Shown piece by piece: positions 34,296 to 43,820 of a stretch of DNA of 64,000 nucleotides. The stretch's first letter is position 1. The number at the start of each line of letters is the position of its first letter. Source of the DNA: a virus. The stretch lies in the IMG/VR virus record IMGVR_UViG_3300022902_000008. One strand, written 5' to 3'. Below the pieces are notes generated by a model. It saw only the letters and a program-made list of their open reading frames with translations, was not told the origin of the DNA and did no database searches. The position numbers and the translations under genes are program-made.

Positions 34296-36363
34296 TGGTT
34301 TGTCTGACAAGAAAAAGAAGGTAATCCAGGAAATTAGTTTAGTGCCGAATGTAGATCGTCCTGCAATTGAATTTTCTTCTTATCGTGGTGCTAGCTCTTC
34401 TGATTGTCTTGTTGGTAGTGGTAGTTATTATGATTTCAATGGCCTCCCTTATGAAGAATATGATTTATATGACATTTGTTTAAGTGAAGAAGGGGGTGTT
34501 GTTGACAAACCTAACGTTGGTGTTGTTGGGTATTTCATTGGTGGTTTCCGGCCCCCTCACTTAGCTCATTTTAATCATATTATTGAAGCAGCTAGCAAGT
34601 GTGACAAGCTGTTTGTCGTTTCTTCTACTAAATCTAAAAGAACATGTTTTTCTAATTTGTATAACAAAGAGTTGATTTTTGATTTTGATATCACTGAGCA
34701 CATTTTTAATGTATTTAAAGGGTACGTTAACAGTGGCGTGGTTAAATTTATTTATGTTGATGAAAGTCCCTTTAAGTATGTTTGGGATTCTATTGACGGT
34801 TATTTAAATAATGGTTTTGATTTTAAGGAGGTTAAATTGTTTGTTGGAAGTAAAGATTCAGGTAGGTTTGATTATTTTATTAATAACTTTGGTGATAAAT
34901 ATGGTTGTGATTGTATTAATGTAGAACAATTCGAGTCTCCAGCCTTTCCAAACTCTACTGATGTTCGGCAGGCTATATGTGATGGGGATATAAAGAAATT
35001 TTACATGTCAATGCCACAAGTAGTTAAGTATGGTAAGGTTAGAGATATAATTGGACATATATATGATCATAATGGTATTGATGTTAATGGTATTAATGAG
35101 GTTAATAAAAGAGATTTTTTAGGTGGCAGGCTGCTGTTGTGTGGAGGTCTGGGTGGTCATATAATGCACCCATATGAGAATGTTAATTTAAAGTTCTCAG
35201 ATTTGGCTGACTTAGTTGATGACTTTAAGTTTGGCAAAATTGATAATGTGGTTGAGAAGACAGATGGTGTAAATATTTTTGTATCTTGGGATGACGATAG
35301 AAATGTTGTGGTATTTGCTAGAAATGTTGGAGAAGTTGTTCGAGGGGGGTTAACAAAAGACGAATTGTGTGGTAAGTTTGCTGGTAGGGGAAGTTTGTAT
35401 GATTTGTTTAAGCATTCTTCTGATGTCATAAGTGATGTGTTTGTTAGGGTTGGCAATGATATTAAAGAGGTGCTAAGTGATAACAAGTGGGTGAGCGTTG
35501 AAATTATTTATAACGATCACAACAATGTAATAAGATATGGTAAGAATTATATTGTTTTTCATAATGTTGTGAGTTTTGATAATGATAAAAGGGAGTTTAT
35601 TGGTTGTAATGAGTATCTTTGTAACGACAATTTGTTTGATAGGTTAAATGTGGTTGTAAAAAAATCACAAAAGTTGTGGAATGTTATGTCAGATGTAAAA
35701 CATAATATTGACAATGTTAGTTTTGACGATGGATTTATTGGCGAGGTTAAGGGTATGATTAAATCGATTACTAATAGTTCTGAAAATTTAAGTAATGATA
35801 GTACTATTTCTGATTATTTGTATGATAAGTTTTATAAGGCTCTAGGTAAGTTGTTTGATAAATATGATTTAAATGATGATAGCTTAGTTGATTTACTTGC
35901 TAAGAGAATGGCATTTAATGACAAAAAGGCAATAACTATTAATCAACTTAAAAAGAAGATTAGTGATGTTGATTTGTTTAATGAGCTTAAGGTGTTCTTG
36001 TCTGACCCTAATACTAGTAAACTGAAGAATCAATACTTAAGGCCATTAATGGTGATATTTATAAAATTTGGTATACATGTTTTACAGCAGATAGAGTCTG
36101 GTTTGCTTAACAATAAGGATGATGAGGCTAAGCGTTTGGCTAAGCTTATTGATAATGAAATTAACTCTATATTATCTTCTAATGATGATGATAAGGTTAG
36201 TAGGTTAAATAGGGCGCTTGAATTATTATCAGATAGCGGCAGTGATGATATTGATCTTTCTAGTGTTATTGAGGGCATTGTGTTTAATTGGAAAGGTAGT
36301 GTGTATAAATTAACTGGAATTTTTTCACAACTTAATAAAATTTTGTGGCTCAATAAAAAATAA
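34276..36363 (+). CDS. Phage cytidylyltransferase-like (HxxH) domain fused to a DUF6267-like domain
   Basis: GGFRPPHLAH; GHIMHPYE, EKTDG, EGIVF...YKLTG typical of large-phage proteins. Confidence 0.75.
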   Translation: MVLWRSNGLSDKKKKVIQEISLVPNVDRPAIEFSSYRGASSSDCLVGSGSYYDFNGLPYEEYDLYDICLSEEGGVVDKPNVGVVGYFIGGFRPPHLAHFNHIIEAASKCDKLFVVSSTKSKRTCFSNLYNKELIFDFDITEHIFNVFKGYVNSGVVKFIYVDESPFKYVWDSIDGYLNNGFDFKEVKLFVGSKDSGRFDYFINNFGDKYGCDCINVEQFESPAFPNSTDVRQAICDGDIKKFYMSMPQVVKYGKVRDIIGHIYDHNGIDVNGINEVNKRDFLGGRLLLCGGLGGHIMHPYENVNLKFSDLADLVDDFKFGKIDNVVEKTDGVNIFVSWDDDRNVVVFARNVGEVVRGGLTKDELCGKFAGRGSLYDLFKHSSDVISDVFVRVGNDIKEVLSDNKWVSVEIIYNDHNNVIRYGKNYIVFHNVVSFDNDKREFIGCNEYLCNDNLFDRLNVVVKKSQKLWNVMSDVKHNIDNVSFDDGFIGEVKGMIKSITNSSENLSNDSTISDYLYDKFYKALGKLFDKYDLNDDSLVDLLAKRMAFNDKKAITINQLKKKISDVDLFNELKVFLSDPNTSKLKNQYLRPLMVIFIKFGIHVLQQIESGLLNNKDDEAKRLAKLIDNEINSILSSNDDDKVSRLNRALELLSDSGSDDIDLSSVIEGIVFNWKGSVYKLTGIFSQLNKILWLNKK

Positions 36364-36376
36364 TTTTCAAAAGTGG

Positions 36377-36405
36377 TTAACAAATGGGTGCCAATGTGGT
36401 ACAGT
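36377..36405 (+). promoter_or_regulatory. Conserved phage promoter
   Basis: TTAACA-17-TACAGT, TGn; upstream 27 bp identical to the 18463 copy. Confidence 0.8.
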
Positions 36406-36454
36406 GTGTCTGCGTCTTGATGATTTTCACATTTTGACTGGAATGGAGGGTTTG

Positions 36455-37999
36455 ATGAAGGTTTATGATTTTAAAAATCTTGACGAGAATGACAAGCCAA
36501 AAGAGATTGATGTTCCTTATAGGGATTTGATGGATAAGCTTGAGCTTACTATCTCAACTCTTTTGTCTAGGAATGCTCTTTATGGTGATGTTTTTATTCG
36601 TTTGGATCGAAGGTTGCAGAATTTTATGCCACCTACTGCTGCTGTTGCTCCTCGCAATGACAAATGCTATGATATTATTGATGGTGATAATGGCAAGAAT
36701 CGTAAGTTTAAACTTCGCAAGAATAAAAGTGGCAAGGTCAGTGACATCTCTCTTATTTTTGCTCCCCAAATGCTCCATGATAATGATATTAATCAGTTGG
36801 TTGAGATCTTGTCTCATGAGGCAATGCATATTTTGTTGAGACATATTGAACGTTCTGATTTTATTTTTTCTGATTCTGACAATGATTCTAGTTCTGGTGG
36901 AGGCAACTTCATTCGGCGGAAGTGGAATCTTGCATGTGACTGCGTTGTCAACAGTTATCTAAATAAGGATCTCCTTGATAGCTGTATGGTAATGGGTAAA
37001 AATTTGGATGGAATTTTTCCTGAAAAATTTAAGCTTGAATCTAAGCAGTCCGCTGAATATTACTATGCTAATCTTAAGGATGATGATGTCGGCGTTTGTA
37101 AAAGTTGTGATGGTACTGGAATCGTAAAAAATGGTGATGGTAATCAGTCTTCCCCAGGCGACGGCTCTGATTCTGCTGATAGTGATGGCGATGGTAATCC
37201 AGGTGGCAGCGGCACATCAGGGGATAAGGAGTCTGATAACGACAGTAATGGCTCAGGCGGCAGTATTGATGTTGGTGATGGATATGAGCTTTGTCCTGAC
37301 TGTTGTGGCTCTGGCCATTCTGGTGTTGACTCTCACGATTTTTGGGAGCAGATTTCACAAGATCCCGTTTTGAAAGAAAAGATTGCTAGGGCTGCTCAGT
37401 CGGCACTTCGTAATGCTGGAAATAAGGTAGCTGGCTCTATGCCTGGAGATCTTTATGCTGCGATCATTAAGGCTAATGAAACAAAGGTAGACTGGCGATC
37501 TGCTCTTCGTTTCTTTATAAAGAAGAATATTTTTATGGGTAGAAACTTTACTCGAAAGCGCCCTGATCGTCGCCTTGGTTATGTGAACCCTGGTAAGAAG
37601 CGTGAGTATGAGACTGACCTTGTTTTGGCAATTGATACAAGCGGGAGTATTTCAGATGTCGATTTGTCTCAGTTCTTGGCAGAAATGAACGACATTGTTG
37701 ATCGTGTTGCAGAACTTACAGTTGTGGAGTTTGATTCAAGAGTTACTAAGGTTACTGAGAAGGTTAAAAAGGTTAGGAATACATGGAGCTTTTCCGGTCG
37801 GGGCGGCACATGTTTTCAGCCAGTGATCGAACTACTCCAGGACCGCCGTTCAGATGCTTGTATTTTCCTTACAGACCTTTATCCTTGTGATGATGTGCAT
37901 AAGCCTAAGAATAGTTGTCAGATTATGTGGTGTGGCACTGCTGATGCATCTAAGGACTTTAACCCTGGCTTTGGCAAGACTATTTATATGGAGGATTGA
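36455..37999 (+). CDS. DUF2201-type metallopeptidase-like plus vWA domain protein
   Basis: HEAMH, WNLACDCVVN, DTSGS MIDAS, GRGGT, LTD. Confidence 0.9.
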   Translation: MKVYDFKNLDENDKPKEIDVPYRDLMDKLELTISTLLSRNALYGDVFIRLDRRLQNFMPPTAAVAPRNDKCYDIIDGDNGKNRKFKLRKNKSGKVSDISLIFAPQMLHDNDINQLVEILSHEAMHILLRHIERSDFIFSDSDNDSSSGGGNFIRRKWNLACDCVVNSYLNKDLLDSCMVMGKNLDGIFPEKFKLESKQSAEYYYANLKDDDVGVCKSCDGTGIVKNGDGNQSSPGDGSDSADSDGDGNPGGSGTSGDKESDNDSNGSGGSIDVGDGYELCPDCCGSGHSGVDSHDFWEQISQDPVLKEKIARAAQSALRNAGNKVAGSMPGDLYAAIIKANETKVDWRSALRFFIKKNIFMGRNFTRKRPDRRLGYVNPGKKREYETDLVLAIDTSGSISDVDLSQFLAEMNDIVDRVAELTVVEFDSRVTKVTEKVKKVRNTWSFSGRGGTCFQPVIELLQDRRSDACIFLTDLYPCDDVHKPKNSCQIMWCGTADASKDFNPGFGKTIYMED

Positions 38000-38184
38000 T
38001 TATGGAAGGTTATATTTTTTGTAAAAAATGTGGTGTTAAATATATGCCAACAGTTTGTGTGAATGAGGATTTTGAGTCTGACGAAGACAAAGGCAAATGC
38101 CTTATAAACTATTGTTGTCCTCAATGTGGTGAGATTAATGAATCATCTGCTGCCGTAGATAATAAGAAGCTTCTTCTAGATTAG
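37996..38184 (+). CDS. Zinc-ribbon protein
   Basis: CKKC...CPQC. Confidence 0.65.
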   Translation: MIMEGYIFCKKCGVKYMPTVCVNEDFESDEDKGKCLINYCCPQCGEINESSAAVDNKKLLLD

Positions 38185-38211
38185 ATTGTTAGTTTAAAAT
38201 TGGAGTTTTTA

Positions 38212-38928
38212 ATGAGTAATAGACTTACTATATTTGCATTATTTTTTGTAATAACATTTGCTATTTTGTTTTGGGTTACTACTGTTTCTGTATATGCTTT
38301 TGATTTGAGTAAAAGTAATTTTAGGGTCTTGCATATTGGTGACTCACATGTTTGTGGGTGCTATGGTGAAGAGGTACATAAGGGCCTTGTTAATGTTTTT
38401 GGCAAGGACAATGTTGTTACTGTTGGTATAGGTGGGGCTATTTTAAATAACTTTTTTAATGGTAAGAGGCATTGCAATATTAGGTGTCTTGGTTGTGATA
38501 ATAACAACTTGAATGTTGGCGAATGTGATAGGGATGTTTTCAAGTCTTTGAGTAATGGTAATTTTGAGTATGATGTTGTTATTGTGTCTTTAGGTTCTAA
38601 TTACAGAGGCAAGAGAAGGGTTGTAAAATATAATAAATATATTGGTAAGTTTTTGGATCTAATGTATAAAGATGGTACAATGTGTTTTTGGGTAGGTGCA
38701 GCTAAATCAAAGCGTGACTATATTGATAGTCGTGTTATTAATAAATATTTGGAGAGATATGTTGGGAACTATTGTTATTTTATTGATCCGGCTGAAATTG
38801 TGCAGTTAAGATGGCTCTCCCCAGATTTACTTCATTTTAGTAGGTATGGTTGTAATGTTTTTTCTAATTTTGTTGTTAGTGAAGTTGCTGGTTTGTTGAA
38901 GTTGTTTTGTAAATATTGGATAAACTGA
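38212..38928 (+). CDS. Exported SGNH/GDSL hydrolase
   Basis: Signal peptide; IGDSH, LGSN, DLLH blocks. Confidence 0.8.
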   Translation: MSNRLTIFALFFVITFAILFWVTTVSVYAFDLSKSNFRVLHIGDSHVCGCYGEEVHKGLVNVFGKDNVVTVGIGGAILNNFFNGKRHCNIRCLGCDNNNLNVGECDRDVFKSLSNGNFEYDVVIVSLGSNYRGKRRVVKYNKYIGKFLDLMYKDGTMCFWVGAAKSKRDYIDSRVINKYLERYVGNYCYFIDPAEIVQLRWLSPDLLHFSRYGCNVFSNFVVSEVAGLLKLFCKYWIN

Positions 38929-38944
38929 GTGGAGAATTAAAATA

Positions 38945-39640
38945 ATGTTTGAATCTTTTTCTTTTTTTGTTGTAGTGCTTAAGTTAATGTTATATGTTTC
39001 TGGAATTTTTGATTGCGTTGGTTATGTTGTCTTGTTTGATGATAATAAACATTTGTCTCAATATTTTGTTAATACATATGTAAAAGAAGCTTCTTATATA
39101 AATGGCTTGGATGAAAGAGATGTTAAAACTATTATATCAATGGAATCAGGTGGTAGATCAGGCGTTGTCGGGAAAAGTGGGGAGTATGGTATGATGCAAA
39201 TTATGCCATATAATTTTGAGAACTTTTATGTTGAGGGAGTCAATAAAAAGCTTGCTCAGCGAGGGCGTGAAAAATTGTTTTTTAATAATGATTCTGATCG
39301 GTTTAACGTTAGGAGTAACATAATTCTTGGTTCTTATATTTTCTACACTAAGGTTAGATATTATAAGAGTTATATTTGGGCGGCTATGTCATATAACTTA
39401 GGCCCAGGTGGAGTTAAAAAGGCGATAAATATTTGGAAGAGTCGTGAAAACGATAATAGGTGGTTTTGTAAAAAAATTAGCAATGTTAGGTTTGGTAGAC
39501 AGTTTTCATATAGTTATAAATATGCTAAACGATCTGGTCGCCTGAGAGAGTGGAACAAGATGTTTGGCTCTATACCTAATGATGCTATGGATGCGTTTTT
39601 AAGTAGGAAGGGTGGTAAATATTGTGAAAGAACTAAATAG
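38945..39640 (+). CDS. Lytic transglycosylase (SLT domain)
   Basis: MESGG, YGMMQI, SYNLGP. Confidence 0.85.
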   Translation: MFESFSFFVVVLKLMLYVSGIFDCVGYVVLFDDNKHLSQYFVNTYVKEASYINGLDERDVKTIISMESGGRSGVVGKSGEYGMMQIMPYNFENFYVEGVNKKLAQRGREKLFFNNDSDRFNVRSNIILGSYIFYTKVRYYKSYIWAAMSYNLGPGGVKKAINIWKSRENDNRWFCKKISNVRFGRQFSYSYKYAKRSGRLREWNKMFGSIPNDAMDAFLSRKGGKYCERTK

Positions 39641-40280
39641 ATTTTTTTATAAGCTTATTAATTTTATTGTTATTTTCATAGTTGCAATATTGTTGTTTTA
39701 TGTTTTATCTTATTTTGCTCATTGTTTTATTGGGTGTAGTAGTAATAATAATGTTTATGCGAATGGTTTGAAATATAAAACAAACTTCTCTTATAAAGAT
39801 GAGTGTGTGAGTTATAAGTCTAATATTTTTATTGTTCTTGGTAACAGGAAAAAGACAGTTAGTATTAAAAGGGTTGATTGTTTGGCTAGCTTTTTAAAAA
39901 ATGCAGGCTTTAGTGTTGATGACATTAGGTGTGTTGTATTTTCTGGTAGGGGAACTAGGTTTTATAATAAGTTTTATGAGTCAGAATATATGTTAGATTA
40001 TTTTGCTGACCATTATTTTCAGTTATATAAAAAGCTTATAGCAAGAGATGTGTGTGTGATTGTTGAAAATAAGTCTGATTGCACTTTTAATAATGTTGTC
40101 TTCTCTTTAAACATGTTAATGAAAAAAGGTTTTATTTATAAAAGGGGGTGTGTGTTTTTTGTTTCTAATATGGATCATGTTTTTGGTGCTGTAAAGGTGG
40201 CAAAAAAGTTTTTTAAGAAGCTTGGTTATGATAAATATGGATTTATTTCTAACGATGTTTTTTTTATAAAATGTTTTTAG
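39612..40280 (+). CDS. DUF218/YdcF (ElyC-like) protein
   Basis: N-terminal TM; IVLG, VFSG, SEYM, ENKSxxTxxN, VSNxxH. Confidence 0.7.
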   Translation: MVNIVKELNRFFYKLINFIVIFIVAILLFYVLSYFAHCFIGCSSNNNVYANGLKYKTNFSYKDECVSYKSNIFIVLGNRKKTVSIKRVDCLASFLKNAGFSVDDIRCVVFSGRGTRFYNKFYESEYMLDYFADHYFQLYKKLIARDVCVIVENKSDCTFNNVVFSLNMLMKKGFIYKRGCVFFVSNMDHVFGAVKVAKKFFKKLGYDKYGFISNDVFFIKCF

Positions 40281-40349
40281 TTGTCAACTATATATGTTAT
40301 AATTTAATTAATGGTATTGTTTAACTTTAATTGTTCTAATTAGGAGGTT

Positions 40350-40808
40350 ATGATGAAAAATGGCAAAGGTAAGAAAAGTGGTCTGAAGCAAGTTGATTTT
40401 TTTAGGTATTATTTCAATAAAAAAGTTTGTGCGGCAGTTAGTGTAGGTAGTGATAATAACTATTATGTTGGCTTTTCATTTAAACATCCTTGCGATAATT
40501 ATGATAAAAGTAGGGCTAGGATGGTTGCTCAATCAAGGTTAAATAACTTTCCAGTTGTAATTGATAAGAAATTAGTAGATAATCTTGGAAGTATCTTTCT
40601 TGCCATTTGTAGCGTTATTGTGAGTTGTAAAAAAGAGGCTCTTCATTATGCTAAGTCTTCATGTAAATTGACTACAGATAGTAAGAAAGTTCCAAGCAGT
40701 GTTTATAGTGAGTATGCTGTGCGTAAAGTTCGTGAAAAATATGATATTCCATATTGGGCAATTAGGAAGTTTATAACATCATCTACTTCTAATAAAATGA
40801 TAGGTTGA
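40350..40808 (+). CDS. Hypothetical phage protein
   Basis: SD GGAGG; GFSFKHPCDNYDK motif. Confidence 0.7.
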   Translation: MMKNGKGKKSGLKQVDFFRYYFNKKVCAAVSVGSDNNYYVGFSFKHPCDNYDKSRARMVAQSRLNNFPVVIDKKLVDNLGSIFLAICSVIVSCKKEALHYAKSSCKLTTDSKKVPSSVYSEYAVRKVREKYDIPYWAIRKFITSSTSNKMIG

Positions 40809-40810
40809 TT

Positions 40811-41473
40811 ATGAGTGTGGATAAGTGTGTTTTTAATAATGTTGATATGGTTAGATTGCAACAAAGTAAATCAACTGATGATAATATTGATGTAGGTGTT
40901 AAATATAGTGATGATTGTTCTTCTGGTTCTGATTATTTAGATGTAAGTGTTGTTAATAATGATATTTATTTATATAGGCCAATAGATAAAAACGCATCTT
41001 TTAATTTAAGGAGAGCTTTTAAAGAATTAGAATGCTCTCTTAATGATGCATGTATTAAATATAACTTAGACACGCTTCCAGATATTAACATACATATTAA
41101 TAGTTGTGGTGGTCTTTTATTGGAAGGTTTTAATATTGTTGATTTGATATTAGGTTCTAATTTGAACGTAAACACTTATGTTGAAGGCTCTGCTGCTTCG
41201 GCAGCGTCTATTATATCTATTGTTGGCTCTAATAGGTATATGACTAAGAATTCTTTTATTTTGATTCATGAGCTTAGGAGTGCATCTTTTGGCAAGTATT
41301 CTGAGATCAAAGATGACGTTTCTAATTGTGATTTGTTTATGCAGAAAATTAGAGGTTTTTATGAACAATATACAAACATACCTGTTGGTGAGTTGGATAA
41401 TATATTAAAGCATGATTTATATTGGGATAGTGATAAGTGTCTAGAGTATGGTTTGGTTGACTTTGTAGTTTGA
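40811..41473 (+). CDS. clpP: ClpP-family protease
   Basis: HINSCGG, AASAAS (catalytic Ser), LIHE, EYGLVD. Confidence 0.85.
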   Translation: MSVDKCVFNNVDMVRLQQSKSTDDNIDVGVKYSDDCSSGSDYLDVSVVNNDIYLYRPIDKNASFNLRRAFKELECSLNDACIKYNLDTLPDINIHINSCGGLLLEGFNIVDLILGSNLNVNTYVEGSAASAASIISIVGSNRYMTKNSFILIHELRSASFGKYSEIKDDVSNCDLFMQKIRGFYEQYTNIPVGELDNILKHDLYWDSDKCLEYGLVDFVV

Positions 41474-41860
41474 ATGATAAAACTAAATAATAACTCAAAG
41501 AGGGTAAGAAGCTTTATTAATAACTGTATATTAGTTAACAATATGCTTAACATAAAGCTTTTCAGTGATGCAGACAAGGTGGATTCAGATATTATTTCTG
41601 ATCGTATTAATTTTATGTTGTTTAATATATATAAGCAATTAAAAAGTGGTAATAAAATTAATGAATTTAAATTGGGAAAAATTGGTGTCTGTATTGTTGA
41701 TAAAGATGAGTTCATGGCCATAAGTAAGGTTTATAGTGTGGATGTTAATGATGATGACTTTATTATTAATAATGATGATAACGTGTTAAAAAACAAATGT
41801 GTTAAACTTTTTTTTAATTTTGATAATTTTTTTGGTGTTAATGACTTTGTTTTTAAGTAA
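41474..41860 (+). CDS. Hypothetical protein
   Basis: ORF. Confidence 0.65.
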   Translation: MIKLNNNSKRVRSFINNCILVNNMLNIKLFSDADKVDSDIISDRINFMLFNIYKQLKSGNKINEFKLGKIGVCIVDKDEFMAISKVYSVDVNDDDFIINNDDNVLKNKCVKLFFNFDNFFGVNDFVFK

Positions 41861-41898
41861 TTAGTAATGTAGTTTAATTTAACTTTGGAATTATAATA

Positions 41899-42984
41899 AT
41901 GTTTGATGTTAAAAAAGATATTTTATTGGAAAGTGTTTATAATAAATACAACTCTGTTGGTAATAAATATTTTTCTTTTAACAAACAACGTGAGAAAATG
42001 TCAATTAATAGTGGATGCTTGAATTACTTTGTTGACTATGTTAATGAGTGCTTTTCAGGTGTAGGGCTAGATTTGAATGTTATTAGTGATATTGCTGTCA
42101 TTGGTAGTATAATAACTCCCCTTAGTGATGATAATAGTTTTGTTGACATTGTTGTTATTTTAGATAAGGTTAAGTTTTATAATTTTATTAGAAGTAATTT
42201 ATACTCTAATGAGTTTATAGACTTTATTATTTCTAACAATGATTCTTTAAAAAACTTTGATTTTAATGAAACATTTAATGATGCTCAATATAATTTAATT
42301 TTAAGAAGTGTTAGCAAGAGTATTTGTGATAAAAAAGAGAAGAATGTTAATTTATTTCTAACTGTTGATTCTTTATTTTTAAATGATTATAATTATTATA
42401 TGTTGGTTAAGAGTGGTAATGTTTTTAATAGGTATGTTGAAAATGTTGTTGTTGACTATGTTGACTTTTTAAATGATGTTAATGATAAGCAGTTTTATAA
42501 TTTAGTGATTAATGTTTTATATAAATCATTTGAAGATTATAAGTTTTTAATTAAGTGCATTTTAAATAAGAAGGACAATTTTGATGAGTTGTCTGAAAGT
42601 ACTAAGTTTTATGAGTCATATAATAGGCTGGTTAAGTTTAAAAATGATTTACATGTTAATAGGTTTAACAATAATTTAAATGTTTTGTGGCTAGATAAAG
42701 ATGATAATAATTTGATTGTTGGATATAATAATGTTAATTTAGATTATAAAAAAACTTATTGTTATATGAATATTTTGTATAGTACAATTAATAAGAATTT
42801 ATTTTCTAACTTTGAATATAGCTTTAATAGTTTCTTATCTATTGTTAATGCTGTTGTTTTTAATAACAAACATACGAAATCTTTGAAGCTTAAGGATGCT
42901 TGTAGTGTTAGCAATAGTTATTTTGGTGATTTTGTCCCAGGTAGTTTTTTGACTGAAAAGGTTAAAGATAGTATCTTTTTTTAG
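41899..42984 (+). CDS. Degenerate Pol-beta-type nucleotidyltransferase-like protein
   Basis: DIAVIGS...SFVDIVVI. Confidence 0.45.
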   Translation: MFDVKKDILLESVYNKYNSVGNKYFSFNKQREKMSINSGCLNYFVDYVNECFSGVGLDLNVISDIAVIGSIITPLSDDNSFVDIVVILDKVKFYNFIRSNLYSNEFIDFIISNNDSLKNFDFNETFNDAQYNLILRSVSKSICDKKEKNVNLFLTVDSLFLNDYNYYMLVKSGNVFNRYVENVVVDYVDFLNDVNDKQFYNLVINVLYKSFEDYKFLIKCILNKKDNFDELSESTKFYESYNRLVKFKNDLHVNRFNNNLNVLWLDKDDNNLIVGYNNVNLDYKKTYCYMNILYSTINKNLFSNFEYSFNSFLSIVNAVVFNNKHTKSLKLKDACSVSNSYFGDFVPGSFLTEKVKDSIFF

Positions 42985-43045
42985 TTTTTTTGTTGTTTGC
43001 GATATATTTATTGTTAGAACTTTTAAAATTGGAGACTTTAGTTTA

Positions 43046-43447
43046 ATGAGTAATAAAAATATTAAGGCTATTTATGAAGAGTTAGAAAAGATTGTTTTAG
43101 AATATTCTGATGATGATGAGCATGATGAAGATAGTGATCCTGGTGATGAGGAAGAGGTTGGTATGCGGTCTTCAACTATTGAAATGACTACTAGGCAAAT
43201 TGCTGATGAAGTTGGTGTTTCTCATGTGATGGTTTCTAAGATAGTCAACAAGGCTCTTAAAAAGGCGGCTATTGCTTTTGTTGCAAGCCAGTTAGAAGAT
43301 GCTGTTGAGCAATATGAGAATGGCAATATGAAGTTTGTTGACTATAAAAAGAAAGTTGATAGGCTAGTTCCTATTGAAAAGGTTGCAAAAGAGCTTTATA
43401 AGGCTGATCATTTTGTTGAATATTTTATTGCTACTTATTTAAAATAA
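43046..43447 (+). CDS. HTH (sigma region-4-like) protein
   Basis: MTTRQIADEVGVSHVMVSKIVNKALKK. Confidence 0.7.
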   Translation: MSNKNIKAIYEELEKIVLEYSDDDEHDEDSDPGDEEEVGMRSSTIEMTTRQIADEVGVSHVMVSKIVNKALKKAAIAFVASQLEDAVEQYENGNMKFVDYKKKVDRLVPIEKVAKELYKADHFVEYFIATYLK

Positions 43448-43463
43448 TTTTTTGGAGGTTTTT

Positions 43464-43820
43464 ATGTTTTGTAAGAATGATTGTAATAATAGTTTTACTA
43501 TAAAACAGAGCGATATAAATATGTTAAAAAACCTTCTTGAGCGTGCTGGCGTTAAAAAGGCTGGAAAATATACTGATGATATGGAAGTTATCTTTAAGGC
43601 TAGTAATGATGTGCGATTAACTAATTATGAAATTTCGGCATTAAAAAGGTTGCTTGAAACGGCTAGTTTAAATATGATTTTTAATTCAATGGGTGAAAAA
43701 ATAACTAAAAAAGTTAACCTTGTTGACGATGTATTAGATAGGTTCGAGGATAAAATTAAAGATAAAGATGATGGGTTGGGTTGTCTTGGTGATAATGATG
43801 AGAATAAGGATAATGGTTAA
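43464..43820 (+). CDS. Hypothetical protein
   Basis: SD GGAGG. Confidence 0.65.
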   Translation: MFCKNDCNNSFTIKQSDINMLKNLLERAGVKKAGKYTDDMEVIFKASNDVRLTNYEISALKRLLETASLNMIFNSMGEKITKKVNLVDDVLDRFEDKIKDKDDGLGCLGDNDENKDNG

